The notes: a model not told the origin generated them from the letters alone. Shown: positions 8,222 to 17,863, numbered from the stretch's first letter. The stretch is 64,000 nucleotides of DNA from Candidatus Hydrogenedentota bacterium (GCA_963674865.2 CAXXYE010000009.1:1632001-1696000), one strand, 5' to 3'. Numbers and translations: made by a program.

Positions 8222-10834
8222 TCAGCCGGGCGTTTCGTCGTGGGGAGAACGGGCGCCCTGGGTGAATGGCGTGGCCTGTCCGTTGGCCTCGAGCTGGACA
8301 TTGTCCAGCCACACGACGCCGCGCTTGCGCCGAAGCCCGAGGCCCAAGGCAAGATCCTTGATCCCGAGCGGGAAGTCCTTGCCCGGCTGGATGGGTATGG
8401 TGTTGTCGTACCAGTCGCGCGATTCGGGGGCCCAAAGGATGGTTTTCCGGAACGGCTCGCCCGCGGCATCGCGGCCGACGAGGCCGATCCAAGCCATCCG
8501 GCTGTAAGGTATGTCACGCTGCTTCAACGCGAAGGAGAGCGTGTAGTCCAGATAGGGCGAGAGCGTCACCCCGCCCCGGTCCACCTCGATGGTTACATCA
8601 TCGAGGTGGGACGGCGCACCATTGCTCGGCTGCGCCCAGCACTCGATGACGAAGGAATTCGGGGCCGTGTCTTGTGGAACCTCTTCGCGCAGTGAGAGCG
8701 TCTGCCAGGATCCGCCGCCCGGGTGCCAGACGCCCGCCCGTCTTGTCTCGCCGTCAACTTCATACGCTAAAGTGAGCGCCAACTGATTGGGGGCGGCGGC
8801 CTGGCCTTGAGCCGATAGTGTGAGGGCGTTCCCGGGGAGGAGGGCAAGGGCGATGGGCTGCTTGACGCACACGGCGGCGCCGCCGGGCGATAGCGAGAGC
8901 GCGCGGCGCCCCTCGGAGGCCTCCTCAGAGCTTGTCACGTGCGGCCCCGATGCTTCGTCCGCCTGCCATCCTGAAGGGGTGTTGCCTTCCCACGCCTCGA
9001 AGCCGCCGTTCCTGAGCCGGTACTGCGATGGGATAAATGGAATGAGCATCTCCGCATAGTCGGTATCCGTGATCTCGAGCTGGAGCGCGCGCTCGCCGTC
9101 ATACACCCCCGGCCCGCCTACGAGTTGCATGGGGGGGCGAATAATGGCGGCGGCGCGTTCGCCCTCGAAGCCGCCCCACGGCGCCAGGTTGGCCGTGGGC
9201 GCGCCGAGCACGCCGACCTCCGTTTTACGGAAGGTGCGCCACTCCGTACCGGCGGCATCCAGCCGGTTTCGCAGGGCCTTCTCCATCGGCCGATCGCTTC
9301 TACGGACGATCCAGATGTTGGTGAAGGGAAACTCCCTGAATAGCCCGTTCATATTCTCAACCGTCGGAATCCCATACCGGAAGTTGAGTGATGAGAGTAT
9401 GGCGGGGCCGTTGGCCATGGCCCTGCGAAGATAGAAGTCCAGAGGGAACGCCAGGCCCGTCGCATCCTTCTCCGGGATTACTAAGGCCACCACGTCGCCG
9501 AAGGTGAGGCGCGGGCTCATGAAGCCCGCGACGCCCTTCCAGTCCCAAGGCCGGTAGTCTTCCGTGCTTGTGGCGAGATGATGGCGCATCTGGCCGTATA
9601 CCGGCGGCGATAGCACGGCCAGGATGAGCAAGACAACCGCGGCCTGTGTGGCAAGGCCCGCCCGTTTGCCGCCGAGCCAATGGGCCGCGACGGCGCCCAA
9701 GTCGGCAATGGCCCACGCCACCACGAGTGTGATCAAGGGAAGGGCGACAGAGAAATAGCGGTGCTCGAGAGAGTGTGTGACATGGATAAGGAATAGCGGG
9801 ATGGGGAGACAGACGACTGCGAAGAAGGCAAGGGCCGCGAAAGGAGGGCGCTTGAAGGCCAGGCGGGCCAGGCCCCAGATGGCCAAGGCGATGTAAAGGA
9901 TCAAGAGGTGGCCCGATCGAACCGGCACCAATTCCTCCACGAAACCGATGTATTCCTTCACGCCCAGCTTGTAGGCTTTTCCCTTCGCCGCTTTCGCGGG
10001 GGCCGGCGTTGGCGCGGCGGCATCCGCGCCCTGCTCCGCCGGCTCAGGGGTGGCTTGGGCACGCCACTGAGGTGTTTGGAGCAGCGAGAGCGGCAAGGAA
10101 CCTTGCAGCGCGCAGAGTGAGAGCACGCCGGAGAGGCCCACGGCAATGCAGAGGCATAGCGCCCCCATGCGGCGCAGCTTGTGTCGCCAGTCCGGAAATC
10201 CGCGAGATACGAGCAGCCAGAGGAAGACCCCTGCCGCCATCGCGGCGAGATAGAGCGCCAGGAAGAGGTGCGACAAGACGCCCACGCAGGCCGTCAGGGC
10301 GCAAAGTGCCCAATTCCAGAACCCGCCCCGCGTGGCGGCGCGATGCAGCAGCCACGCGATGAGCACGCCGAAGAGGATCATCAGCGTGTAATACCGCGCC
10401 TGCTGGCTGCGGTAAATGTGTACGTCGGAGGTGGCGAGGAACAGGGCAGCGATGAGCCCCGCGGCGCGGCCGTGGAGCGATTTCCCGGCGAAGTACATGG
10501 CGAGCACGCCGGCCACGCCCGCCAAAATACTGGGCAGGCGGATGGTGCTCTCCTGATCGCCGAAGGCCAGGGCGTAGTGCGTCAGCACGTAGTAAAGGGG
10601 ATACAACCCGCTCCGCATCACCTGCGGCAGGGGTTGCATCGACCTCTTGTAGGTGATGATCTCATCGGGCCAGAGCCCGCCCTGAATATGGCGTGTCCGG
10701 GCGACGACGGCAAAGGCGAGAATGATGATCAGAGCGATGGCCGCGGCAGCGCGTTGCCAGTCGCCGCGCGGCGGCCCAACTGAACCATTGTTGTCCAAGC
10801 ACACGTCCTCACTACCCCACAAGACGAGTGCCAT
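8222..10834 (-). CDS. GT-C (GT39/PMT-like) membrane glycosyltransferase with C-terminal CBM4/9-like domains
   Basis: LWPDE, PLYYVL, RLPS, SQQARYY motifs in a multi-TM N-terminus; NLAPWGGFE, LRNGGFEAW and WLDNVQLE jelly-roll motifs; start uncertain. Confidence 0.78.
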   Translation of the reverse strand: MALVLWGSEDVCLDNNGSVGPPRGDWQRAAAAIALIIILAFAVVARTRHIQGGLWPDEIITYKRSMQPLPQVMRSGLYPLYYVLTHYALAFGDQESTIRLPSILAGVAGVLAMYFAGKSLHGRAAGLIAALFLATSDVHIYRSQQARYYTLMILFGVLIAWLLHRAATRGGFWNWALCALTACVGVLSHLFLALYLAAMAAGVFLWLLVSRGFPDWRHKLRRMGALCLCIAVGLSGVLSLCALQGSLPLSLLQTPQWRAQATPEPAEQGADAAAPTPAPAKAAKGKAYKLGVKEYIGFVEELVPVRSGHLLILYIALAIWGLARLAFKRPPFAALAFFAVVCLPIPLFLIHVTHSLEHRYFSVALPLITLVVAWAIADLGAVAAHWLGGKRAGLATQAAVVLLILAVLSPPVYGQMRHHLATSTEDYRPWDWKGVAGFMSPRLTFGDVVALVIPEKDATGLAFPLDFYLRRAMANGPAILSSLNFRYGIPTVENMNGLFREFPFTNIWIVRRSDRPMEKALRNRLDAAGTEWRTFRKTEVGVLGAPTANLAPWGGFEGERAAAIIRPPMQLVGGPGVYDGERALQLEITDTDYAEMLIPFIPSQYRLRNGGFEAWEGNTPSGWQADEASGPHVTSSEEASEGRRALSLSPGGAAVCVKQPIALALLPGNALTLSAQGQAAAPNQLALTLAYEVDGETRRAGVWHPGGGSWQTLSLREEVPQDTAPNSFVIECWAQPSNGAPSHLDDVTIEVDRGGVTLSPYLDYTLSFALKQRDIPYSRMAWIGLVGRDAAGEPFRKTILWAPESRDWYDNTIPIQPGKDFPLGIKDLALGLGLRRKRGVVWLDNVQLEANGQATPFTQGARSPHDETPG

Positions 10835-11210
10835 TCTCCAGTTAAGCCAAGACGGTGTCAAACGCCCGGTGGCCTTGGGGCCTGCGTGATGGAAAGGGGT
10901 TTTGCGGCTTTTCATTGGTTTTGCGCGCATCTCTTGTAGACAGTTGTCTACAATCTCCGTTTTCCCTCGGAAACGCGGTGCTCGCAGGAACCGGCGACTT
11001 CGGCTTGAGGATGAAAATGCGCTCATTCCCGCAAGTGGCTATGGCCTATCCGGGGCCCCATCAAGAGCCCCGAGGCGGGCTGATAGCGCATGCTGGTGGG
11101 CGAGGGGACAACCCCTGGCTGCGGCACCTCGCCTGCACCATCTTCATCCCAAGCTGTCTCGGATGCGGCCCCTCGGTTGTTTCATGGCATGCGGGCACTC
11201 AGAACTCCGG

Positions 11211-11534
11211 CGCCCCGAACGGGGCGCTCGCGTGTAGCCGTGGGTGAGCGAAGCGAGCCCACGGACACAGGATCTTCCCATCACGAGCCCCGAAGGGGGC
11301 GATAGCGTCTCTGCTTCACAGTCAAATGTGCTCCTTCCGTGGCCTTCAGCAGCTTCATATCCGGCACCAAATCCGAAACCGAACTATCCGGCCGCCAGCG
11401 CAGTGAACTGCCATCCCAGGGTTGGCTCTCCTCTCAATCGCGGCCACCCCTTCGGGGCTCTCGTTAGGGTGGGCCGGTTTCCGTGGGCTCGCTTCGCTCA
11501 CCCACGGCTACATGCGGCCGGCCCCGTCGGGGCG
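11211..11534. mobile_element. REPIN/MITE-like element: inverted GTAG-type REP pair with a probable tnpA remnant
   Basis: Perfect 33-bp inverted repeat TGTAGCCGTGGGTGAGCGAAGCGAGCCCACGGA (11233-11265 / 11480-11512), accompanied by GCCCCGnnnGGGG-type hairpins outside and inside. Confidence 0.75.
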
Positions 11535-11754
11535 CGGGATTGTTGAGTTCTCGTGTCCCCGGATGAGCAGAGCGAATGCACGGAAACATGCGGACGCCAC
11601 GGCGGGGCATGCACACGCCACGCTGGCAGGAGTCGTATCCCCCAAGGATCCGCACATTTGGGCCAGACTTCTACCGGAGGGGGATCCCCTTGAGGACGCG
11701 GTGTTGCAAGGGAAAACCCCGGAAACTGACGCAGGCCCGGCAGGCCCGGCCTCG

Positions 11755-13371
11755 TCACCGGTGGCGGAACCAGTGGAGCGTTAGCGGCACCGTCGCGAAG
11801 GGGAGGAGAGGAGCGAGGGCGTAGATGATGGTGAAGGCGAGGATTTCGAGGCCTTCGGGATCGTCGTAGACAATGTAGAACATTGGGCCTATGAACAAGA
11901 TGACAATGGACGCCCATGCTGCGAAGAAAGCGGCGACGTTTCTCCTCGTGATTAGCCGGCGCCGCCAGAGTATTGCCACGAGTGTCGTCCACGTAGCCAG
12001 CAAGAGCAATGCGTAGGTGAGGATGAGGCGGAACTCGTGGTTTGGGTGAGTCTGTGAGAGACGGTATAGCTGTAATAGGGCCGGTTCAAGGGGGAGGGCT
12101 ACCAGGAGCAAGAGCTGCGGCACAAGCCAGATGAGGCTCCAGCAGAGCGCAATCCAAAGAACGAGGCTTGGCAAAGCCACATACGGGTGCAAAATAGACA
12201 TGATCTCGGGGCGGGGACGCTCCTTTTGCGAGCCAAGGAGCACGCAAGTCAACAGAATCCCAGCCATCAAGGCGATCACGCCGAAGGTGTAGGCAATTGC
12301 GGCAGCACCGGCCCTGAGGCGGGCAGCGCCCAGCCGCCGCGTCTTCAGGGGGCGTGTGAAAGTGAAGCTCGATAGGCCTGAAACGTGTTCACGATAGTCC
12401 ATCGCCGACAGCAGGAGTCCAAGGATGAGAGCGGCTAGAGCGGCGGCCACCGGCGCAATGACAAACATGTGTTCCTTATCAAACCAGTCTGCCGGATCGG
12501 CGAGGTCTTCTGTCGGGACAAGAGGCAATAGGAGAAGGACGAACAGGGCAAGGAAGATCCATGGGAGGCGCCGCGTGCGGGATTTGTAATCGTACCAAGC
12601 CTGTGCGTGGACGGGAGAGCGGAACGGCCGCTTCCGCCCGAAATCCAACAGGGGAAGGCCGGCCAGTCTTGTAGGCACCAGTCCGGCGCTCCCTCGACGA
12701 TCGGTGTGGATCCCGAGGAGAGCCACCCCGAAGGATATAAAGAGAACAAGTGGCAAGCAGAAGAGGGTGCCGGAGAGAGAAGTCGGCGCCCACCAAAGCG
12801 TTGGGAGGACGAGCAATATGGCCAAGATCCGCAAAGCGGGCGGGCACCACGCGATGGCCAGGAAGGCTGCGGCGCTCATGGCCGCCGCCGTCGGGGTAAA
12901 CAACATCTGCATCCGGAACAGATCGAAAGCAGCAACAGGTTGCCAGAGCGCAATTGGGTTATCGAAAGCGATATGGCCTGCCGCAAGGGCGAAGAGGCCG
13001 ACGAAGGCGAAAAAGGAGAGCAGTTTGGCTGAGAAGAGCGTGAATGCAAGCGTCGGTGTCCGCACCGGGAGCGCAAATAGCCTGGGCGGCACGCGAAACT
13101 GTAGGCTATGCGGGCCCTCTTTCCAAGTGAACGCGAGGCCCATGAAAACCATGGACGCCATCACCATGAACGCCCGCAGGAGCACGGCGTATGTATCGTC
13201 ACTTGCCGCCGTCAGCGGATCGAGGCGATCGAGCCATATCCACGCCAAAGGTACTGCCGCGAGGAGGGATATCAATAGGAACGGCCACCGGTTCTGCCGC
13301 CATTGCTCCCCGATGAGGGCGATCACGGCGCTGCGCGTCGAGCAATACTCCGGGTGTTCTGCTGGGGGCAT
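11755..13371 (-). CDS. Multi-TM membrane protein, probable ABC-2-type permease (paralog 2)
   Basis: Hydrophobic; downstream of an ABC ATPase; ALPVRT and FTRPL motifs; clear paralog of 13383-14966. Confidence 0.7.
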   Translation of the reverse strand: MPPAEHPEYCSTRSAVIALIGEQWRQNRWPFLLISLLAAVPLAWIWLDRLDPLTAASDDTYAVLLRAFMVMASMVFMGLAFTWKEGPHSLQFRVPPRLFALPVRTPTLAFTLFSAKLLSFFAFVGLFALAAGHIAFDNPIALWQPVAAFDLFRMQMLFTPTAAAMSAAAFLAIAWCPPALRILAILLVLPTLWWAPTSLSGTLFCLPLVLFISFGVALLGIHTDRRGSAGLVPTRLAGLPLLDFGRKRPFRSPVHAQAWYDYKSRTRRLPWIFLALFVLLLLPLVPTEDLADPADWFDKEHMFVIAPVAAALAALILGLLLSAMDYREHVSGLSSFTFTRPLKTRRLGAARLRAGAAAIAYTFGVIALMAGILLTCVLLGSQKERPRPEIMSILHPYVALPSLVLWIALCWSLIWLVPQLLLLVALPLEPALLQLYRLSQTHPNHEFRLILTYALLLLATWTTLVAILWRRRLITRRNVAAFFAAWASIVILFIGPMFYIVYDDPEGLEILAFTIIYALAPLLPFATVPLTLHWFRHR

Positions 13372-13382
13372 CCCGAGTTACC

Positions 13383-14966
13383 TCATCGGTGGCGGAACCA
13401 GTGGAGCGATAGCGGCACCGTTGCGAAGGGGAGAAGCGCAATCAGGGCAAAGATGGGGGTGAACACAGCAACGATCGTTTCTTCTGAGACTAGGTAACGC
13501 CTGTTGAGAAAGCCCACTCCCCAGAAACATGTGACGAAGAGCGCACTGCCTGCGAGCCAGGCCATAAGCAGAGGGATGACGGCGCGCCGTGTCAATAGAT
13601 GCCGCCGCGCAGCAAGCGTGAACGCCGTCGCTGTCAATAGCACCGTAACCAGCGCCCAAGGCACCAGCGCTCCCAGCAAGTACTCGGCAAGATTCAAGTG
13701 CTCAAGAATCCTGAACATAAGGAAGGCGGTGGGAGGGGCCAGAGTAGCTACCAGCGGGGCCGATAGCCAGAGAGAACTCCACGAGACAGCCGGGATAAAC
13801 AGGATGAGCATGGCGAGCATTGGAGGCTCTTGAAGCTCTCTCAGAAAGTGTCTCAGGGAATGACCATCACGAGTGATCAAGAAGGCAGCGCCGACGGCGC
13901 ACGTGCAAATGAGCAGGGCCAGCAGGTACGTGCGGAGAAGTGAGAAGCTGCCCGCCGTGAGCCGGGCGCGAGCCAAGCGGCGCGTCGCCAGGGGACGGGT
14001 GAGGGCGAATGTGCTCAGGCCCGAGACGTGGTCGCGACAATCCGCCGCGACGATCAGGAGTCCCAGGACCACAGTTGCTACCGCGGCCACCCCGGCTGTA
14101 CTCATGATGGATGTGTCCTCCATCCAGGATATGAGTTCATCCTTCCCATCCCAGGACGCCATGATCGATGCATGAAAGAGGATGAATAGGGCAAGAAAGG
14201 CCCAAGGAAGATGTCCCGTGCGAGTCTTGGTTTCGTACCAGGCCTGGGCGTGAGCCGGGGAGCGGAATGGCCGCTTCCGCCCGCCGCCGAGCGCGGCCCA
14301 TCCGGCGTAGAGGTGCGCCCACCGGCCTGAACGGTCCGCGCATACGCCCATGAGAGCGACGATGTAGGCCCCGAGAAGGACAGATACGGCGTAGATATAG
14401 ACGGACGCTGATCGCGTCACATCCGGCGCCCAACGGAGCGCAGGGAAGACAAGCAGTATGGCCAAGATCCGCAAACCGGGCGGACACCAGGCGATGGCCA
14501 GGAAAGCCGCGGCGGCCATGGCCACGCCTGTCGGTGTCAGCATGATGTCGACGTGAAAGTCATCAATTCCCTTCCAGAGCGCCGTGGCGTCGTCAAGGGC
14601 GACGCGGCCCGCGACAAGGGCGAATAGGCCGACAAAGGCGGCAACAGGCAGGAATTTGGCGAAAAACAGCGTAGTCGCAAGCGCCGGCGTCCTCACCGGG
14701 AGCGCCAACACGCGGGGCGGCACGCGGAATTGGAGGCTGTTTCGGCCTTCCTTCCAGGTGAACGCGAGGCCCGCAAACACCATCGACGCCATCAGCATGA
14801 AGAATTTGATGATTACGGTATATGTTCCCTCACTTGCCGCCGTCAGCGGATTGAGGCGGTCGAGCCATATCCAAGCCAAGAGCATTCCGGCGAGGAGACA
14901 CATCCGCAGAAATACCCACCGGTTCTGCCGCCATTGCTCCCAGATAAGCGTGAGGACTGGGCGCAT
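13383..14966 (-). CDS. Multi-TM membrane protein, probable ABC-2-type permease (paralog 1)
   Basis: 3 bp from the ATPase stop; hydrophobic; shared EQWRQNRW and LHWFRHR ends. Confidence 0.72.
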   Translation of the reverse strand: MRPVLTLIWEQWRQNRWVFLRMCLLAGMLLAWIWLDRLNPLTAASEGTYTVIIKFFMLMASMVFAGLAFTWKEGRNSLQFRVPPRVLALPVRTPALATTLFFAKFLPVAAFVGLFALVAGRVALDDATALWKGIDDFHVDIMLTPTGVAMAAAAFLAIAWCPPGLRILAILLVFPALRWAPDVTRSASVYIYAVSVLLGAYIVALMGVCADRSGRWAHLYAGWAALGGGRKRPFRSPAHAQAWYETKTRTGHLPWAFLALFILFHASIMASWDGKDELISWMEDTSIMSTAGVAAVATVVLGLLIVAADCRDHVSGLSTFALTRPLATRRLARARLTAGSFSLLRTYLLALLICTCAVGAAFLITRDGHSLRHFLRELQEPPMLAMLILFIPAVSWSSLWLSAPLVATLAPPTAFLMFRILEHLNLAEYLLGALVPWALVTVLLTATAFTLAARRHLLTRRAVIPLLMAWLAGSALFVTCFWGVGFLNRRYLVSEETIVAVFTPIFALIALLPFATVPLSLHWFRHR

Positions 14967-14969
14967 GAG

Positions 14970-15899
14970 CTAGGCCTCCCGGACTCGGGCCGGGCCGGCC
15001 TTGGCGCGGGCGATGAAGATCTCCTCGAGGGAGGGTGTAGCCTCTTCGAGGACCTCCGCCCCGCGTTGGGCAGCGGCTTCCTTCAGGGCCGCGGCCTGGC
15101 CATTGCACACCGTGGCCCATTCGGTACCCGCGCCCTCCCAGAATAGCGCGCCGGGGAGGTCGGGCGGCGTACGCTGCGGCTCGGGGAACCGGAGTGTGAC
15201 GCGGAGATGGCCCTGTTTGATATCATCGAGAGGCCCCTGCATTACAAGGCGGCCTGTGTGGATCATGGCGACGTGATCGGCCACGCGTTCGACCTCGTCG
15301 AGCAGGTGCGAGGAGAAGAGGACGGTGCGGCCTTCATCGGCGACGGTGCGGATGATGGCCGCGAGGATATCGCGGCGGACGATGGGATCGAGGCCGGAGG
15401 ATGGCTCGTCGAGGATGAGCAAATCGGGGCGATGGCCGAGGGCGGCGAGAAGGCCGGCCTGAGCGCGTTGGCCCCGGCTGAGGGTGCGGATCTTGGCGCC
15501 CGGGTCGAGGTCAAAGGTTGCGCGGAGGTGCTCCGCGTAGGCGTCGTCCCAGGCCGGATAGAACGCTTTGGTGTAGAGCATGAGTTCCCGGACGCGCATC
15601 CAGTTCGGCATATCGCGGTTTTCGGAAAGGTAGCCGATGCGCCCGAGCGTCTGCTCGGGTGCGGCGATGGGATCGAGGCCGAATACCTGGACGGAACCGG
15701 CCTGCGGTTTCAAGAGGCCGAGAAGGTGCTTGATGAGCGTCGTCTTGCCTGCGCCGTTCTCGCCGACGAGGCCGTAGACGAAGCCCCTCGGGACTTTGAG
15801 CGAGACGCCGTCGAGGGCGGTCTTCCTGCGGAAACGCCGGGTGAGCCCGTCGATGGCTACGGGTGAAGCCGAAGGTTGGGGATTAGCGTTGCTCGTCAT
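14970..15899 (-). CDS. ABC transporter ATP-binding protein (YtrB-like)
   Basis: Walker A GENGAGKTT, signature LSRGQ, Walker B LILDEP, SSH; GGAGG RBS before ATG 15899. Confidence 0.92.
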   Translation of the reverse strand: MTSNANPQPSASPVAIDGLTRRFRRKTALDGVSLKVPRGFVYGLVGENGAGKTTLIKHLLGLLKPQAGSVQVFGLDPIAAPEQTLGRIGYLSENRDMPNWMRVRELMLYTKAFYPAWDDAYAEHLRATFDLDPGAKIRTLSRGQRAQAGLLAALGHRPDLLILDEPSSGLDPIVRRDILAAIIRTVADEGRTVLFSSHLLDEVERVADHVAMIHTGRLVMQGPLDDIKQGHLRVTLRFPEPQRTPPDLPGALFWEGAGTEWATVCNGQAAALKEAAAQRGAEVLEEATPSLEEIFIARAKAGPARVREA

Positions 15900-16302
15900 G
15901 ATTATCCTCCTCGGGCGCGGTGAAGTCCGCGTGACGTTTCCGGACGAAAGCGATAACTCTTTCAAGAGGGAAATCGAGTTGGTTGGCCTCGGCGAGCAGG
16001 GCGTCGATGCGCTCGGTGAGGATGCGCTCGCGCTCGCTATCGGCCAGGGGGGAGCCGGCGTCGGCCACGTAAGTGCCCGCGCCCTGGCGTTTTGTGAGCA
16101 TGCCCGCGATTTCCAGTTCACGGTAGGCGCGCGCCACCGTGTTGGGATTGATGAGGAGTTGCTCGGCCAGCGTGCGGATGGGGGGGAGTTCATCGCCGGG
16201 GCGAAGACGGCGTGCCGCCACCAAGTATTTGACCTGGCTGACAATCTGCCGGTAGATAGGCTTACCGTCGTTTGGCGATACGTGGATTCGCATGATTTCC
16301 AC
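15883..16302 (-). CDS. GntR family transcriptional regulator, YtrA subfamily
   Basis: PIYRQI..LRPGDELPPIRTLAEQLLINPNTVARAYRELE..G.GTYV, short C-terminus, upstream of ABC genes. Confidence 0.92.
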   Translation of the reverse strand: MEIMRIHVSPNDGKPIYRQIVSQVKYLVAARRLRPGDELPPIRTLAEQLLINPNTVARAYRELEIAGMLTKRQGAGTYVADAGSPLADSERERILTERIDALLAEANQLDFPLERVIAFVRKRHADFTAPEEDNHDEQR

Positions 16303-16317
16303 CTGACGCGCATCAAT

Positions 16318-16355
16318 TGTATTAAGACTTTAATACATTTTGCTGGGTTTGTCAA
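16318..16355 (-). promoter_or_regulatory. YtrA-type operator palindrome overlapping a sigma70 promoter
   Basis: TGTATTAA-GACT-TTAATACA (16318-16337); minus strand TTGACA (16355-16350)-17 nt-TAAAGT. Confidence 0.75.
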
Positions 16356-17388
16356 GGGGGTTGGTTGCCCGGTGGCCGGGTTGCCTGTTTTGCCGCGCGT
16401 CCGGCGAGCGGCAGTGGTGAAGGCCCCTGTCTGAAAGGCTGACCGGGCGGTTGGCCTCCAAAGAAGTCGCCTCGGGGCACTTCGGAGTTGGCCTCGAATC
16501 CTTCATTTCACTTGAACCTGGGGCCGAACGCAGTGTGTTCCTCTCGGGAAGAACGGGGCTTTGCGGGCATTCCGCAGACTCGCGGGGGGCTGAAACAGGT
16601 TCCTTTGGCCTTGGCGGCGGGGCCTCGCGGTCGTCTGGTCCCCCGCCGCCCGCGTCATCCCGGCGCGGCGGCAGATTGGCATCCACCATGCGCCGAAACC
16701 GGCGATACTCGCCGGCAATCCGCAAGAACGCCTCCAGATAGGGATGGACTCTGTACCTTTCGCAGGTATAGGTGGAGGAAAAGGCCGAGGTCAGGTCGAT
16801 GAGCTTCTGTTGAGTCAGCGCCCGCGCCCCCCGCGACATCATCACCTGCAACAACGCCAAGGTGTGAACGAGATATCGATCCATCGGGTCCGGCGCGGAC
16901 GCTTGTCCATACCGTGCCATGCCGTCCGCCACGACCTCGTCATACTCCGCCTGCTCGTAGGGACACGTGAACACGACTGGGCGGCGGCCGTCCTTGGGCT
17001 GCGCCAGTTCCGCCACGTCATCGCCCCACAGCGGGCACGTTCGCCATAGCGGACAATGCTTGCCGCAGACCTGGAGCCGCCGCGAATACAAGCCGTGAAG
17101 GACGGCATTGCGATTGCCCTTCGGCGCGCCCGTCAACGCGAATCCCCCGTGGAACCGGCATCGCCCCGACGGATGATCCGACGTGAGCGTACACGGCGTG
17201 CCTGACATCGTCCGCGCCCCGCAGACGCGCCGTCCCAATTCTTCCTCGACCGCCTCCACCCGTACGAGCCACGCCTCATCCCACGAACCCGCGCACGGCG
17301 TCCCCAAGGCCGTATGTTTTCTGTCTTCATTCATTATCCGCGACCCTGCATTCCTTATTCTCGTCCATGCCGTTGCCACGTGAGCCAC
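16330..17388 (-). CDS. HGGxSTG-domain protein
   Basis: CGARTMSGTPC...GRCRFHGGFALTGAPKGNRNAVLHGLYS; extra Cys cluster; Pro-rich tail. Confidence 0.75.
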   Translation of the reverse strand: MAHVATAWTRIRNAGSRIMNEDRKHTALGTPCAGSWDEAWLVRVEAVEEELGRRVCGARTMSGTPCTLTSDHPSGRCRFHGGFALTGAPKGNRNAVLHGLYSRRLQVCGKHCPLWRTCPLWGDDVAELAQPKDGRRPVVFTCPYEQAEYDEVVADGMARYGQASAPDPMDRYLVHTLALLQVMMSRGARALTQQKLIDLTSAFSSTYTCERYRVHPYLEAFLRIAGEYRRFRRMVDANLPPRRDDAGGGGPDDREAPPPRPKEPVSAPRESAECPQSPVLPERNTLRSAPGSSEMKDSRPTPKCPEATSLEANRPVSLSDRGLHHCRSPDARQNRQPGHRATNPLDKPSKMY

Positions 17389-17863
17389 CCGGGAGCATGT
17401 CTCCCTACCTATTCACCCACTGCGTTGCATCCATGCGCGCGTAAGCACCTGGGGGTGAATAACATGGCGCAAGCCAGCCGAGCCCAGGACGCGGCCCGGG
17501 AACAAGGGGTATTCGATTGGCGTAGATGCTAATAATGAGGCAGGGCCGTGGGGGCTTGGAAGTCCAGCAAAGGGTTCAGGCACCGTGAGAAGGATGAGGA
17601 GGGAAATGGCGGTGGCGAGAATCCTGGACTGGGAGAACCTCGACAGTTTGTTTTGAGGGTCATTTGGGGTTTGTGCCGGGGAGAGGGCCTTGGGCGTTGG
17701 TCGTCACACAGGGGCGCCGGGCTATGCCATCGGGAAGGTGGACGTTTCCCGATGCAGTCGCGCGGGAGCGCGACGTTCCCGGTTCGTCGGATATATTGTC
17801 GCGTTCCCGAAACGGAGTAATCAGGCAACACGTCACGGCTTGTGTCTCAAGATCGTGAGGAGT

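Noticed and set aside
15900..16355. Apparent N-terminal fusion on the ABC ATPase ORF
   Set aside because: It overlaps the GntR gene in another frame; the ATPase has its own RBS at 15899
16330..17860. Prophage
   Set aside because: No integrase, large terminase or structural genes around the HGGxSTG gene
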